DNA from: an uncultured Solirubrobacterales bacterium
GTDB taxonomy: Bacteria; Actinomycetota; Thermoleophilia; Solirubrobacterales; 70-9
Length of the DNA stretch: 64,000 bases
Direction of reading: 5' to 3'
Assembly (NCBI GenBank): GCA_963848045.1
Contig: CAWKCC010000002.1
Location: 168,374 to 232,373 of the forward strand
Part shown: piece after piece, positions 20,334 to 29,043 of the stretch
How the letters are laid out: every line of letters starts with the position of its first letter
How positions within the stretch are numbered: position 1 is the stretch's first letter
Notes under the pieces: generated by a model
Told to the model about the DNA's origin: nothing
Databases searched by the model: none
What the model saw: the letters and a program-made list of their open reading frames with translations, nothing else
Translations under genes and position numbers: made by a program

Positions 20334-21059
20334 CTAGGCGAGCGCGCCGGCGGCGGCGGCCTGGGCGGCGGCGTCGGGCTCGAGACCGGGAATGAAGCCC
20401 TGCTCGACTCCCGCCTCCTCCCCGCGCCGCAGCATGCGCAGGGCCAGCAGCGTTACGGCGAGCACCGCCGTGAGGCCGAAGCTGACCTGCAGCGAGACGA
20501 CCCCCTCGCGCGTCCAATAGACGTCTCGCAGGTCGAGCAGCAGGGCCGCCTCGTCGAAGGTGAGGCCGACGCCCGCCCCGAACACGAGGGAGAGGGCCTC
20601 CTCGAGCCGGTCGTTGCTGGTCGCCAGGCCCGCGCCTCCGGCGCCGAAGGCGGTCAGGATGCCGGGCACGAAGTGGTGGATGTGGCGACCACCGATCCTG
20701 ATCGGGTTCGTCGGCCACCAGCCGCCCTTCTGCCCCCAGGTGGAGAGTCGCATCAGCGCAAAGGCGCCGACGAACCCGTTCAGGATGTTGAACATGATCG
20801 TCTCGTGGCGGGGAGCGTCCTCGTAGCCCTCGACGGCGACGGCGAGCGTGTCCCGAGTCGCGTAGGCGGCGACGTCGATCGCGCTCTCGGGCGTCTCGAC
20901 CTGCCGGCTCTCGCGGCGCCGGCGCGCCATGCGCACGATCTCGGTGCCGATCACCGCACCCGCCGTTGCCCCAGCGGCGACCGCCAGCCCGACGGTGAGG
21001 CGGTCGGCGCGCAGGGGCTTGGGCCGGCGCGGTGTGAGGATCTCGTTCAAGCCCGCCAT
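20334..21059 (-). CDS. Hypothetical integral membrane protein
   Basis: Several hydrophobic helices, a conserved-looking GGRHIHHFVPGI motif, and high GC3. No family recognised. Confidence 0.5.
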   Translation of the reverse strand: MAGLNEILTPRRPKPLRADRLTVGLAVAAGATAGAVIGTEIVRMARRRRESRQVETPESAIDVAAYATRDTLAVAVEGYEDAPRHETIMFNILNGFVGAFALMRLSTWGQKGGWWPTNPIRIGGRHIHHFVPGILTAFGAGGAGLATSNDRLEEALSLVFGAGVGLTFDEAALLLDLRDVYWTREGVVSLQVSFGLTAVLAVTLLALRMLRRGEEAGVEQGFIPGLEPDAAAQAAAAGALA

Positions 21060-21114
21060 CGCATTCGGCCGCCGATGCTAGTGGCCGCGCAGGCGCGAAT
21101 CCCGGGGCGCGGCG

Positions 21115-22368
21115 CTAGAGCCTAACGAGGTTGGTGGCCTCGATCCCGCGGGTGACCCCGCGGAAGTCGAGCACCAGCGACGCCTCCGTGACCACGCGGC
21201 CATAGTCGATGCCCGGGTGCGCGGTGACGATGCAGGCGATGTCGCATCTCGCCAGCTCCTCGTCCAGCTCGGCCGAGCTCAGCTCGAGCGCGGGGAGCTC
21301 GGCTACGTACGGATCGTGGTATGAGATCTCGCCCCCCAGCTCACGGGTGAGCCGAATGATCTTCAGGGCCGGTGACTCGCGGATGTCGCCGACCCCGGCC
21401 TTGTAGGAGACGCCCAGCAGCAGGATCCGCGAGCCCTTTACCGGCTTGCCGACGTCGTTGAGGGCGCGCTCGATGCGCTGCACGCACCACGCCGGCTGGC
21501 TCTGGTTGGTCTTGCCGGCCAGCTCGATGAACTCGGTGTAGAAGTCGTGCTCGCGCGCCTTGAAGGAGAGGTAGAAGGGGTCAACCGGCAGGCAGTGGCC
21601 GCCCATGCCGGGGCCGGGCTCGAAGCGCATGAAGCCGAAGGGCTTGGTCGAGGCCGCGTCGATCACCTCCCAGATGTCGATCTTGAGCCGCTCGCAGAGG
21701 ACCGCCAGCTCGTTGACGAGGGCGATGTTGACCGAGCGGAAGATGTTCTCGAGCAGCTTCGTCAGCTCCGCGGGCTCGGGCCCCGAGACCCTGACCACCT
21801 CGTCGCAGATCTCGCCATAGAGCGCAGCGGCGCGCTCGGTGCACTGCTCGGTCAGCCCGCCCACGACCTTGGGGGTGGTGCGGATCGTGTAGTCGGTGCG
21901 GCCGGGATCGATGCGCTCGGGGGAGAAGGCGAGATGGAAGTCCCGCCCCGCCGCCAGCCCGGACTCCTCCAGGATGGGCCGCAGGCGCTCGCGCGTCGTG
22001 CCCGGGTAGGTGGTCGACTCCAGCGAGACGAGCTGGCCGCGGCGCAGCACCTTCGACAGCGCGCTCGCCGAGTCCACCAGGTGGGTGAGGTCGGGCTCTC
22101 GCGACGCGGTCAGGGGCGTGGGCACGCAGATGATCACCGCGTCGCAGTCGGCCAGGTCCTCGTAGTGGGTCGTCGCGGCGAGCCTCTGCGTCCGCGTTGC
22201 TGCGACGAGGCTGGCGGCCGGGACGTCCTCGATGTAGCTCTCGCCGGCGCGCAGCGCGTCCACCTTGCGCCCGTCAGCGTCGAGGCCCACCACCTCATGG
22301 CCCTCCTCGGCGAAGGCGAGGGCCAGCGGCAGCCCGACGTAGCCGAGCCCTATGACTCCGACCTTCAT
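21115..22368 (-). CDS. Nucleotide-sugar dehydrogenase (UDP-glucose/GDP-mannose dehydrogenase family, UDP-N-acetyl-hexosamine dehydrogenase-like)
   Basis: MKVGVIGLGYVGLPLALAFAEEGHEVVGLD Rossmann start (ATG at 22368, inside the longer track ORF). Catalytic-Cys region GPGMGGHCLPVDP and C-terminal LLLGVSYKAGVGDIRESPA. Confidence 0.85.
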   Translation of the reverse strand: MKVGVIGLGYVGLPLALAFAEEGHEVVGLDADGRKVDALRAGESYIEDVPAASLVAATRTQRLAATTHYEDLADCDAVIICVPTPLTASREPDLTHLVDSASALSKVLRRGQLVSLESTTYPGTTRERLRPILEESGLAAGRDFHLAFSPERIDPGRTDYTIRTTPKVVGGLTEQCTERAAALYGEICDEVVRVSGPEPAELTKLLENIFRSVNIALVNELAVLCERLKIDIWEVIDAASTKPFGFMRFEPGPGMGGHCLPVDPFYLSFKAREHDFYTEFIELAGKTNQSQPAWCVQRIERALNDVGKPVKGSRILLLGVSYKAGVGDIRESPALKIIRLTRELGGEISYHDPYVAELPALELSSAELDEELARCDIACIVTAHPGIDYGRVVTEASLVLDFRGVTRGIEATNLVRL

Positions 22369-22444
22369 AGACGCGGCAGTGTAGGGGCCCCGCCGCTCCC
22401 CGCCGGGCGCGCGGCTGCGCATCCCGGCCTCGCGGCGCCCGGGG

Positions 22445-25129
22445 TTAGGGCCCGGTCCAGCCGTTGGCGTAGCAGGGCCTGATCACAGGGCCCGGATCCG
22501 TGCAGGGCAGGATGAAGCCGTTCGGATCGAGGAAGTCGTCGATGTGCTGGAGCCCGTCCACCGAGCGACGCGGATAGCCGTGCGGATCGTCGCCGTAGAT
22601 CGCCGAGTCGCGCGGCGCGATGTTGGCGTTGGGCGGCGGCGCCGAGCCCTGACAGGGATCCGCCATCGGGTTGCCGTTCGAGCACTCGAGCGCGGCCTGG
22701 GGCGTGGCCCCGTTGTTGAACCACGAGGTCGGGCCTCCGTCGTAGTAGACGAGCGCAGAGCCGGTGAAGGGCGTGAACGGGGAGGAGCCGAAGCCGATCG
22801 CCGGGATCTGCATGAACGGGTTCACGTCCCAGTGCCGCCCGGGGTCGAGCGCCGGCTTGTGGACCGAGGCGCCGATCGTCCTCGCCTCCACCTCCGCCGC
22901 GACGTTCGCGACCTGATGGTCGCCGAGGGCCGCCTGCAGCAGCACGTCGTGGCTGGGCGTTGCGGGCAGCGGGTCATCGGTCATGTGCTGCGCGTAGCCG
23001 TTGCCCTCGCCGCGATCCCAGAGCAGCTGCATGATCGAGAGCAGCAGCGGGCGCTCGAGCTCGTTCGGGTAGTTGGCATAGAGCCCGACGCTCGCGAGCT
23101 TGAAGTACTCGTCGCTGTCCACGCTGCGGCGCAGCAGGGTCGAGTAGTTGATCCCGGGAACGTTGAGCACCGCGCGCCTGATGTCAGGCGAGGTCGCCGT
23201 CAGGGCGCCGCCCATGATCCCGCCCTGGCTGATCCCCTCGAAGTAGAGGTCCGAGGTGTCGATCACGGGCTCGAGGCCCGAGCCGGCGTCGACTTGGAAG
23301 GCGGGGTCCGAGTTGAAGCCGTCCGGCCTGATCATCGCGCGGCCCAGGTAATGGAAGTGCACGAAGCCCTGCTGCATGCGGTCGGCGAGCCTGTTGAACA
23401 GCGAGACGTTGCCGAGGGTCGGGATCACCGCGCCGAGGTCGGCGTTCGAGAAGCCCGCCCAGTCCACCGCGCACCAGACCCGGTTGTGCTCGTTCGCCTG
23501 CCGGGTCACGTAGCTGCCCGAGACCTGTGTGTACGCGCCGAGCAGGCCGTGCCCGTAGGTGCCCCCCTTGGCGGGATCCACGCTGGTGCCGCCGTCGACC
23601 GAGTTGGGGATGATGCAGCGGAAGGGGACGTCGATCGTGAAAGACGGGTTCCACTGGACGTTGCCGCTCGGGTCGAAGTCGAACTGCGTGCCGGGATTGC
23701 AGCCGTCGGCGTTCAGGTAGCAGGGCACGTCGTCGAGCGTGCCGTCCACTCGGCGCAGCGTGTTGGCGTCGGGGTTGTCCGTGGTCGAGGTGACGGTGAA
23801 GTCGGGAGCGGAGCCCTGCGGGACGCCGTCTCCGGGCGTCGTGTCGCCCAGCCGGCTGAGCGCGTCGTTGCGGATGTCGAGGGCCCGCTTGCTGAGGCTG
23901 GTCTCGCTGGCCACGGTGAAGTCCCAGGCCATGTAGAGGTTGGAGCGCTGGAAGCCGTTGGACTGCAGCGTGGAGATGATCTCCTCCATCTTCGCCCTGC
24001 GGCTCTCGACCGGCGCCTGCGAGGTGATCAGGCGATCGCGATAGACGCGGAACGGCAGCGGCGGTGAGACCGGCTGGTTGGAGGCGTCGCGGAGACCTCG
24101 CAGCGCGACGATGTAGCGCTGGCCCTCCTCGAAGTTGCGCGCCGGCCGGATGATCAGGTTGACCGCCGGGGGGCCTCCGCTGCCGTCGAGCACCGGATTG
24201 GAGTCGAGCTCGGTCCAGATCGGCTGGCGCTCGCCGGTCTCGGCGTTGATCACCACGGCGGCCTGGTTGTCGTCGTCATAGGCGCGCATGTTGGTGATCG
24301 GCACCAGTCCCGAGTTCTGGAAGGCCGCGGGCGTCTGCACCTGCGGGATCTTGAGGATGATCATGTTGCCCGGGCTGAAGCCGTCGGCGCGGTTGTAGTC
24401 GGTCGGGTCGATGTGGACGCCGCTCGTGTTGGCGGGCGTCGAGGCGAGGTCCAGGTCGAGCCGCCGGCCGCTGTCGGTGCTGCCGTCGGCGATCGTGAAG
24501 CGGTCGTTGGGCCACGGCTGCAGGCAGACGGCCGGATCGAGGAAGTCGCAGCGATCGGCGTTGTCGGTGGGGATCGGCGGGCCCAGATAGGGCGTCGCCG
24601 TCGGGTTCTCGGAGCCGACGCTGCAGACCGCGAGATCGCGGCTGAGCACGGTGAAGCCGGCACGGCTGCGCTTCTTGCCCTTGGCGTTGCGGTAGGTGGA
24701 GCGGGCGCTGAGCCCGTCGATCGAGCAGCCGCCGAGCAGCTCCCGGCCCTGCTCGGTGAGGCGCGCCTGCCTGATCGCGGCGGCGCCGGCCGACTTGGTC
24801 TTGCCCTTCTTCTTCTTCTTCTTGCCCTTCGTGGCCTTGTACTTGACCGTGATGCGGGCGACGACCTTGCCGTCGGAGATGCCCTGCACCGCCACCGTGC
24901 CGCGGCCGCCCGCTACCGCAATCGAGCCTGCCGAGAGGATCTGGTTCTGGCTCGTGCTGATCACCTTGGCAGCGCCGGGGCCCTTCTTCTTCTTCTTGCC
25001 CTGGGCCTCGTTCGCCCCGGCGAGCAGCATCGCCAGCGCGGCGCAGGCGCCGAGAGCGGCGAAGGCGATCGCCACGGTCTTCGGCAACGAGTCGAATCGG
25101 GTCAAGGCCACGTCCTCTCTCCCTCGCAC
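22445..25129 (-). CDS. Large secreted alpha/beta-hydrolase-like protein, paralog A (putative lipase/esterase)
   Basis: Signal peptide (VAIAFAALGACAALAMLLAGANEAQG), nucleophile-elbow-like FEGISQGG and C-terminal ALGDHQV. About 50 percent identical by eye to 26297..28951 (e.g. RCDFLDPAVCLQPWPNDRF / RCDPLDPAHCLAPFPNDYF). Two Lys runs sit near the N-terminus. The start could be the TTG at 25105 rather than the GTG at 25129. Confidence 0.7.
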   Translation of the reverse strand: MRGREDVALTRFDSLPKTVAIAFAALGACAALAMLLAGANEAQGKKKKKGPGAAKVISTSQNQILSAGSIAVAGGRGTVAVQGISDGKVVARITVKYKATKGKKKKKKGKTKSAGAAAIRQARLTEQGRELLGGCSIDGLSARSTYRNAKGKKRSRAGFTVLSRDLAVCSVGSENPTATPYLGPPIPTDNADRCDFLDPAVCLQPWPNDRFTIADGSTDSGRRLDLDLASTPANTSGVHIDPTDYNRADGFSPGNMIILKIPQVQTPAAFQNSGLVPITNMRAYDDDNQAAVVINAETGERQPIWTELDSNPVLDGSGGPPAVNLIIRPARNFEEGQRYIVALRGLRDASNQPVSPPLPFRVYRDRLITSQAPVESRRAKMEEIISTLQSNGFQRSNLYMAWDFTVASETSLSKRALDIRNDALSRLGDTTPGDGVPQGSAPDFTVTSTTDNPDANTLRRVDGTLDDVPCYLNADGCNPGTQFDFDPSGNVQWNPSFTIDVPFRCIIPNSVDGGTSVDPAKGGTYGHGLLGAYTQVSGSYVTRQANEHNRVWCAVDWAGFSNADLGAVIPTLGNVSLFNRLADRMQQGFVHFHYLGRAMIRPDGFNSDPAFQVDAGSGLEPVIDTSDLYFEGISQGGIMGGALTATSPDIRRAVLNVPGINYSTLLRRSVDSDEYFKLASVGLYANYPNELERPLLLSIMQLLWDRGEGNGYAQHMTDDPLPATPSHDVLLQAALGDHQVANVAAEVEARTIGASVHKPALDPGRHWDVNPFMQIPAIGFGSSPFTPFTGSALVYYDGGPTSWFNNGATPQAALECSNGNPMADPCQGSAPPPNANIAPRDSAIYGDDPHGYPRRSVDGLQHIDDFLDPNGFILPCTDPGPVIRPCYANGWTGP

Positions 25130-25179
25130 CCTCCCTCGGGGTGCGGCGGCGGGGACTCTACATGAGTCCCGAAACGGCC

Positions 25180-25216
25180 GACGCCCCGGCCCGGCCGAAG
25201 CCGGAACCGGGGCGCC
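25180..25216 (-). terminator. GC-rich compound hairpin after the poly-Lys-tail gene
   Basis: On the - strand: GGCGCCCCGG..CCGGC-TTCG-GCCGG..CCGGGGCGUC, a 10-bp outer stem plus a 5-bp inner stem, 32 nt after the TAG stop. The U-tract is weak (GUUU). Confidence 0.4.
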
Positions 25217-25247
25217 TGATCACCGCACTGCTACAGAAGCAGAAGAC

Positions 25248-26168
25248 CTACTTCTTCTTCTTCTTCTTCTTCACCTTGACGCACTTCTTCTTGGCCTTCT
25301 TGCCCTTCTTCTTGATCTTCTTGAGCTTGAAGCCCTTCTTGCACTTCTTCTTCTTCTTCTTCGTCGTCGGCGGCGTCGTTGCCGGCGGTGCCGGCGGTGC
25401 CGGCGGCGGCGCGTTCAGCGCCGGGCTCGCGATGTTGTTCGCCAGCCACAGGCCTCCGCGGCCACCCGCGAGGCTGTCAACGGTGCCGCAGTTGCCGCTC
25501 GGACCGCTGATGAACGTCGCTGCGGGCAGCGTCGGCCACGTCGTGGCGATCGCTCCGTCCTTGAGCCCACTGGTCGCCAGGTTCGGGATATCCGCCATGA
25601 ACGGGTCACCGTTGTACGGCGACGGGAACGGCTGCGCCGTGTTGAACGACATCGGGATCGGCGTGATCTCACAGACGTCCACCGGGTCCATCATGTTCCC
25701 GGGGGTGAAGTCGAGGATCAGCGTCGCCTTGAAATCCGACTCCATGTGCGTGACTGCTCCCGTGGTGGCGTCAACCGTGCCGCTGATCGGCTCGAGCGCC
25801 TCGAGCTTGACCGTGACTCCGACCGCACCGCCCAGCACCGTCCCCGAGAAATCCGGGAAACAGAAGCCCTCGGCCGAACCCGGTGGGGGGCCTTGGACGC
25901 CGGGATTCGTACAGGCAGCCGGCACGGCGAACGTGCTCGGGGCGCCGAGCGTCAGATCGCCACCGAACTCCGCGTATGGCGGAACCGTCGTCCCGTCCAG
26001 GATGTCGAGGCCGGGGTTCGGGAACGCACCCGTCTTCAGGAACGCGTTGTCGAACTCCGCCTGGAATGGAACCGCCTGCGCGGAGGCCGCGCCGACTCCC
26101 ATGGTGAGGGCGACGGCGGCGCCGGCAAGGCCGAAACGCAGCCGCTTCCCCCTCTTTCCGTTAGTCAT
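25248..26168 (-). CDS. Small secreted protein with extreme C-terminal poly-lysine/cysteine tail
   Basis: ATG at 26168 with AAGGAGAG 5 nt upstream. Signal peptide MTNGKRGKRLRFGLAGAAVALTMGVGAASAQA and a ~230-aa Gly/Pro/Thr-rich domain. The tail is TTKKKKKKCKKGFKLKKIKKKGKKAKKKCVKVKKKKKKK-stop. The track ORF 25248..26474 extends upstream artificially. Confidence 0.7.
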   Translation of the reverse strand: MTNGKRGKRLRFGLAGAAVALTMGVGAASAQAVPFQAEFDNAFLKTGAFPNPGLDILDGTTVPPYAEFGGDLTLGAPSTFAVPAACTNPGVQGPPPGSAEGFCFPDFSGTVLGGAVGVTVKLEALEPISGTVDATTGAVTHMESDFKATLILDFTPGNMMDPVDVCEITPIPMSFNTAQPFPSPYNGDPFMADIPNLATSGLKDGAIATTWPTLPAATFISGPSGNCGTVDSLAGGRGGLWLANNIASPALNAPPPAPPAPPATTPPTTKKKKKKCKKGFKLKKIKKKGKKAKKKCVKVKKKKKKK

Positions 26169-26296
26169 TCTCTCTCCTTGATAGCCGGCCTGCTGCCGGT
26201 TCGTTGACACACAACAGCATCGATGCGTTGATGTTGCGTTTACCTTGAGTGAAGAAAAGTAGGGCCTTCCGGCATTTTTCGTCGCGCTGCCATCGC

Positions 26297-28951
26297 CTAG
26301 AGGCCCTCGCCGAGCACGTGGATCGGGGGCGCCGTGCAGGGAACGGGGATGCCGCCGGTGGCGAGGCAGTCGTCGGGCTCGGCGACCCCAAGCCCCAGCA
26401 GGAAGGGCGCGGCGAGCTGCTGAGCGGCGGGACTGGAGGCGACCGGCTCGTGCGGGTCGAGCCCGTCGAACCACTGCTCGACCAGCAGTCCGGTGCCGTC
26501 GACCGGCGGCGTGTTGGAGACCGGGTTGGCGTTGGTGCCGACCAGCTCGTCGTCGCCGTCGCCGTCCCAGTCCTCGACCCGCATCGCGCCGGTGTCGAGC
26601 ACGTAGAGCACCGCCGGCCCGCCGTAGCCGCCGGGCGCCGTGAAGCTCGAGGAGGGCTCGCGCGCGATCTTCCAGAAGGGCTGGGAGTCACCGGATCGCC
26701 CGGGGGCGACGATCGGTGAGCGCACCACGGCGCCCAGCGTGCGCGCCTGCGCCTCGGTCTGGATGTTCGAGACCTGGTGGTCGCCGAAGGCCTCGATCAG
26801 CACCACCTCGTGCTCTGGGGTGCCGGGCAGCTCGTCGCCGGTCATCGCGTGCACGTAGCCGCCGGCCTCGCCGCGGTCCCAGAGAGCCTGGATCAGCGAG
26901 TAGCCGATCTGGCGCTCGAGCGGGTCGGTGTAGAAGCTGTTGACGAGCGGCAGGAACTGGTTGAACTGGGTCGAGCGGGTGATCAGCGTCGCGAAGCCCA
27001 TCGCCGGCACCCCCAGCACGGCGCGCTGCCAATCGGGCGCGACCGCGGTCGCCGCGCCGCCGAAGATGCCGCCCTGCGAGGCGCCGAAGTAGCCGACCTC
27101 GCGGTCGGAGTCGAGGGCGTGATCGGCCCCGCCACCGCCCTGGAAGGCGGGGTCGCCCTCCATGCCCCCCTGCGCCTCGCTGGCCGCCATGGCGCGCGCC
27201 AGGTAGAGGAAGTTGAGCATCCCCTGCTGGGAGCGGTCCACCAGCGCCGGGAACCTGGAGAGGTTGGAGAGCACCGAGGGCAGGAAGCTGAACAGGTCGC
27301 TCGAGGACATGCCGATCCAGGCCGTGCCGCAGACGACCGTCTGCAGCGAGGCGGGGTAGAGGCGCAGGTCCTCGACGGCGCTGTCGTCGCCCAGCAGCCC
27401 GTGGCCGAAGATCAGCGGCGGGCGGTCCTCGCCCATGGTGGGATCGGAGGCCGCGGCGCGCGGCACCAGACAGGTGAAGGGCGCGTCGAAGGTCGTGGCC
27501 CCGTTCTGGACCGGCGTCTGGGTGCCCGGGGCAAAGGTCATCCGCGAGCCCGGGCCGCAGGGGACCCCCCCGCCCGACTCGGACTGGGCGTCGAGATAGC
27601 ACGGCACCTCGACGGTGCCCGTGACCTTGCGCAGGGCGTAGTCGCTCTCGCTCGCCGAGCAGGCGGGGTCGGCGTCGGCGTTGCAGAGCGCGTACGGAGT
27701 GGTGCCGGTGATCGTGAAGGCCGGAGCGCTGCCCTGCTCGGTGCCGTCGGCGAGGTCGGTGTCGCCGAGCTGGGCGAAGGCGTCGTCGCGCATCGCGCGC
27801 AGCCGGCCGGTGAGGCTGTCGCGGCTGGAGACCGTGAAGTCCCAGGCGAGGTAGAGGTCGGAGCGCGCGATGCCCGCGGCGGCCAGGCTCGCGAAGATGC
27901 TCTCCATCGAGGCGCGGCGCGACTCGACCGAGGCGTCGTCGGTCTGCACCCTGTCTCGGTAGGCCCTGAAGATCGGGCTGGCGGGCTCGACAGGCACCCC
28001 CGAGGCGGTGCTCAGTCCCCGCAGGGCGACGATGTAGCGCCGGCCGTAGTCGAGCGCCTCGGCGGGCCGGATGATCAGCAGGCGCTTTGCGTCGCTGAGG
28101 CCGGGCGTCTCGTCGAGCTCGGCCCAGACGGGGTGGCGCTCACCCGTGGCGGCATCGATCAGCACCACCGGCTGGTCGCCGCGGGCGTACTCGCCGATCG
28201 CCGTCTGCGCGACGAACCCGTTTGCGTCGAACGCGGCCTGGGTCTGCACAGCGGGTACCTTGGTCAGGATCGGGCTGTTGGGGCTGAAGCCGTCGTTGCG
28301 GTTGTACTCGGCGGGGCTGATCCGCTGGCCGATCACATTGGCCGGCATCGAGAGCGCGTCGAGGGCGAGCCGCCGGCCGGTGGCGCTGGTGCCGTCGGAC
28401 GCCGTGAAGTAGTCGTTGGGGAAGGGCGCGAGGCAATGCGCGGGGTCCAGGGGGTCGCAGCGCTCGGCGTCGGGGGCGTCCACGTGCAGCACGCAGCTGA
28501 GGCTGCCCGCGGCCAGCCGGCGCGAGCGACGCGCCCGGGCCTTGCGGCTGCCGGCGGCGGTGGCGCGCCGGTAGCGGCCCTCGACCGTGACCAGCTGCGG
28601 CCCGCAGTCGCCGAGCGCGGCGCGGCCGGCGGCGCTCAGGGTCAGCTTCGCCGAGCGCCTGCCCGGGCGCCCGATCCTGACGCTCCTGCGCCGCACCAGG
28701 CCCTTGGCCTCGCCCTGGCGGGCGCTGAGACGCACCTTCGTTCCACGGGGTCCCGCGATCCGGACCGCGAGCTTGCCCGCCTCGAGCAGGGCATCCTGGC
28801 CCTTGGTGCGGATCTTGAGCTTGACGGCGCCGGGCCGCGGGCTTCCGCTCGCGCTCGCCACGGGCAGGGCGATCAGCGCCGCCGCCAAGAGCGGCAACAG
28901 CAACCGCGCGGCCTTCACGGCCCGGTGAGCGCCCCTCCCAGGGAGAAACAT
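26297..28951 (-). CDS. Large secreted alpha/beta-hydrolase-like protein, paralog B
   Basis: ATG at 28951 (MFLPGRGAHRAVKAARLLLPLLAAALIALPVASASG signal peptide), inside the 1019-aa track ORF. Motifs YFGASQGG and EAFGDHQV. Collinear similarity to 22445..25129. Confidence 0.7.
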   Translation of the reverse strand: MFLPGRGAHRAVKAARLLLPLLAAALIALPVASASGSPRPGAVKLKIRTKGQDALLEAGKLAVRIAGPRGTKVRLSARQGEAKGLVRRRSVRIGRPGRRSAKLTLSAAGRAALGDCGPQLVTVEGRYRRATAAGSRKARARRSRRLAAGSLSCVLHVDAPDAERCDPLDPAHCLAPFPNDYFTASDGTSATGRRLALDALSMPANVIGQRISPAEYNRNDGFSPNSPILTKVPAVQTQAAFDANGFVAQTAIGEYARGDQPVVLIDAATGERHPVWAELDETPGLSDAKRLLIIRPAEALDYGRRYIVALRGLSTASGVPVEPASPIFRAYRDRVQTDDASVESRRASMESIFASLAAAGIARSDLYLAWDFTVSSRDSLTGRLRAMRDDAFAQLGDTDLADGTEQGSAPAFTITGTTPYALCNADADPACSASESDYALRKVTGTVEVPCYLDAQSESGGGVPCGPGSRMTFAPGTQTPVQNGATTFDAPFTCLVPRAAASDPTMGEDRPPLIFGHGLLGDDSAVEDLRLYPASLQTVVCGTAWIGMSSSDLFSFLPSVLSNLSRFPALVDRSQQGMLNFLYLARAMAASEAQGGMEGDPAFQGGGGADHALDSDREVGYFGASQGGIFGGAATAVAPDWQRAVLGVPAMGFATLITRSTQFNQFLPLVNSFYTDPLERQIGYSLIQALWDRGEAGGYVHAMTGDELPGTPEHEVVLIEAFGDHQVSNIQTEAQARTLGAVVRSPIVAPGRSGDSQPFWKIAREPSSSFTAPGGYGGPAVLYVLDTGAMRVEDWDGDGDDELVGTNANPVSNTPPVDGTGLLVEQWFDGLDPHEPVASSPAAQQLAAPFLLGLGVAEPDDCLATGGIPVPCTAPPIHVLGEGL

Positions 28952-29030
28952 CGAAGCGCGAGGATACCGGGGGCGGGGCGGCCGGGTGCCGCGCCTCTCT
29001 CGCCGCCGGCGGCCCGCTTGAGGAAGGCGC

Positions 29031-29036
29031 GATACT
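29031..29036 (+). promoter_or_regulatory. Candidate -10 (GATACT) giving a leaderless transcript at ATG 29044
   Basis: GATACT lies 7 nt upstream of ATG 29044 and no SD is present. The same (T/G)ATACT hexamer recurs upstream of tRNA-Lys, rpmH and the nuclease gene. Confidence 0.3.
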
Positions 29037-29043
29037 GGCCCCG

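Noticed and set aside
24780-25370. CTT-repeat tracts as a microsatellite or CRISPR-like repeat
   Set aside because: The tracts are in frame within well-supported CDSs and encode Lys runs interrupted by specific Cys/Gly/Phe/Ile codons. There is no repeat-spacer periodicity.
24696-26207. + strand ORFs (503 and 346 aa) containing poly-Phe / poly-Leu runs (FFFFFFF, LLLLLL)
   Set aside because: They are the antisense reading of the AAG-rich lysine tracts. The - strand ORFs have signal peptides, an SD sequence and a paralog relationship. The + strand products have none.
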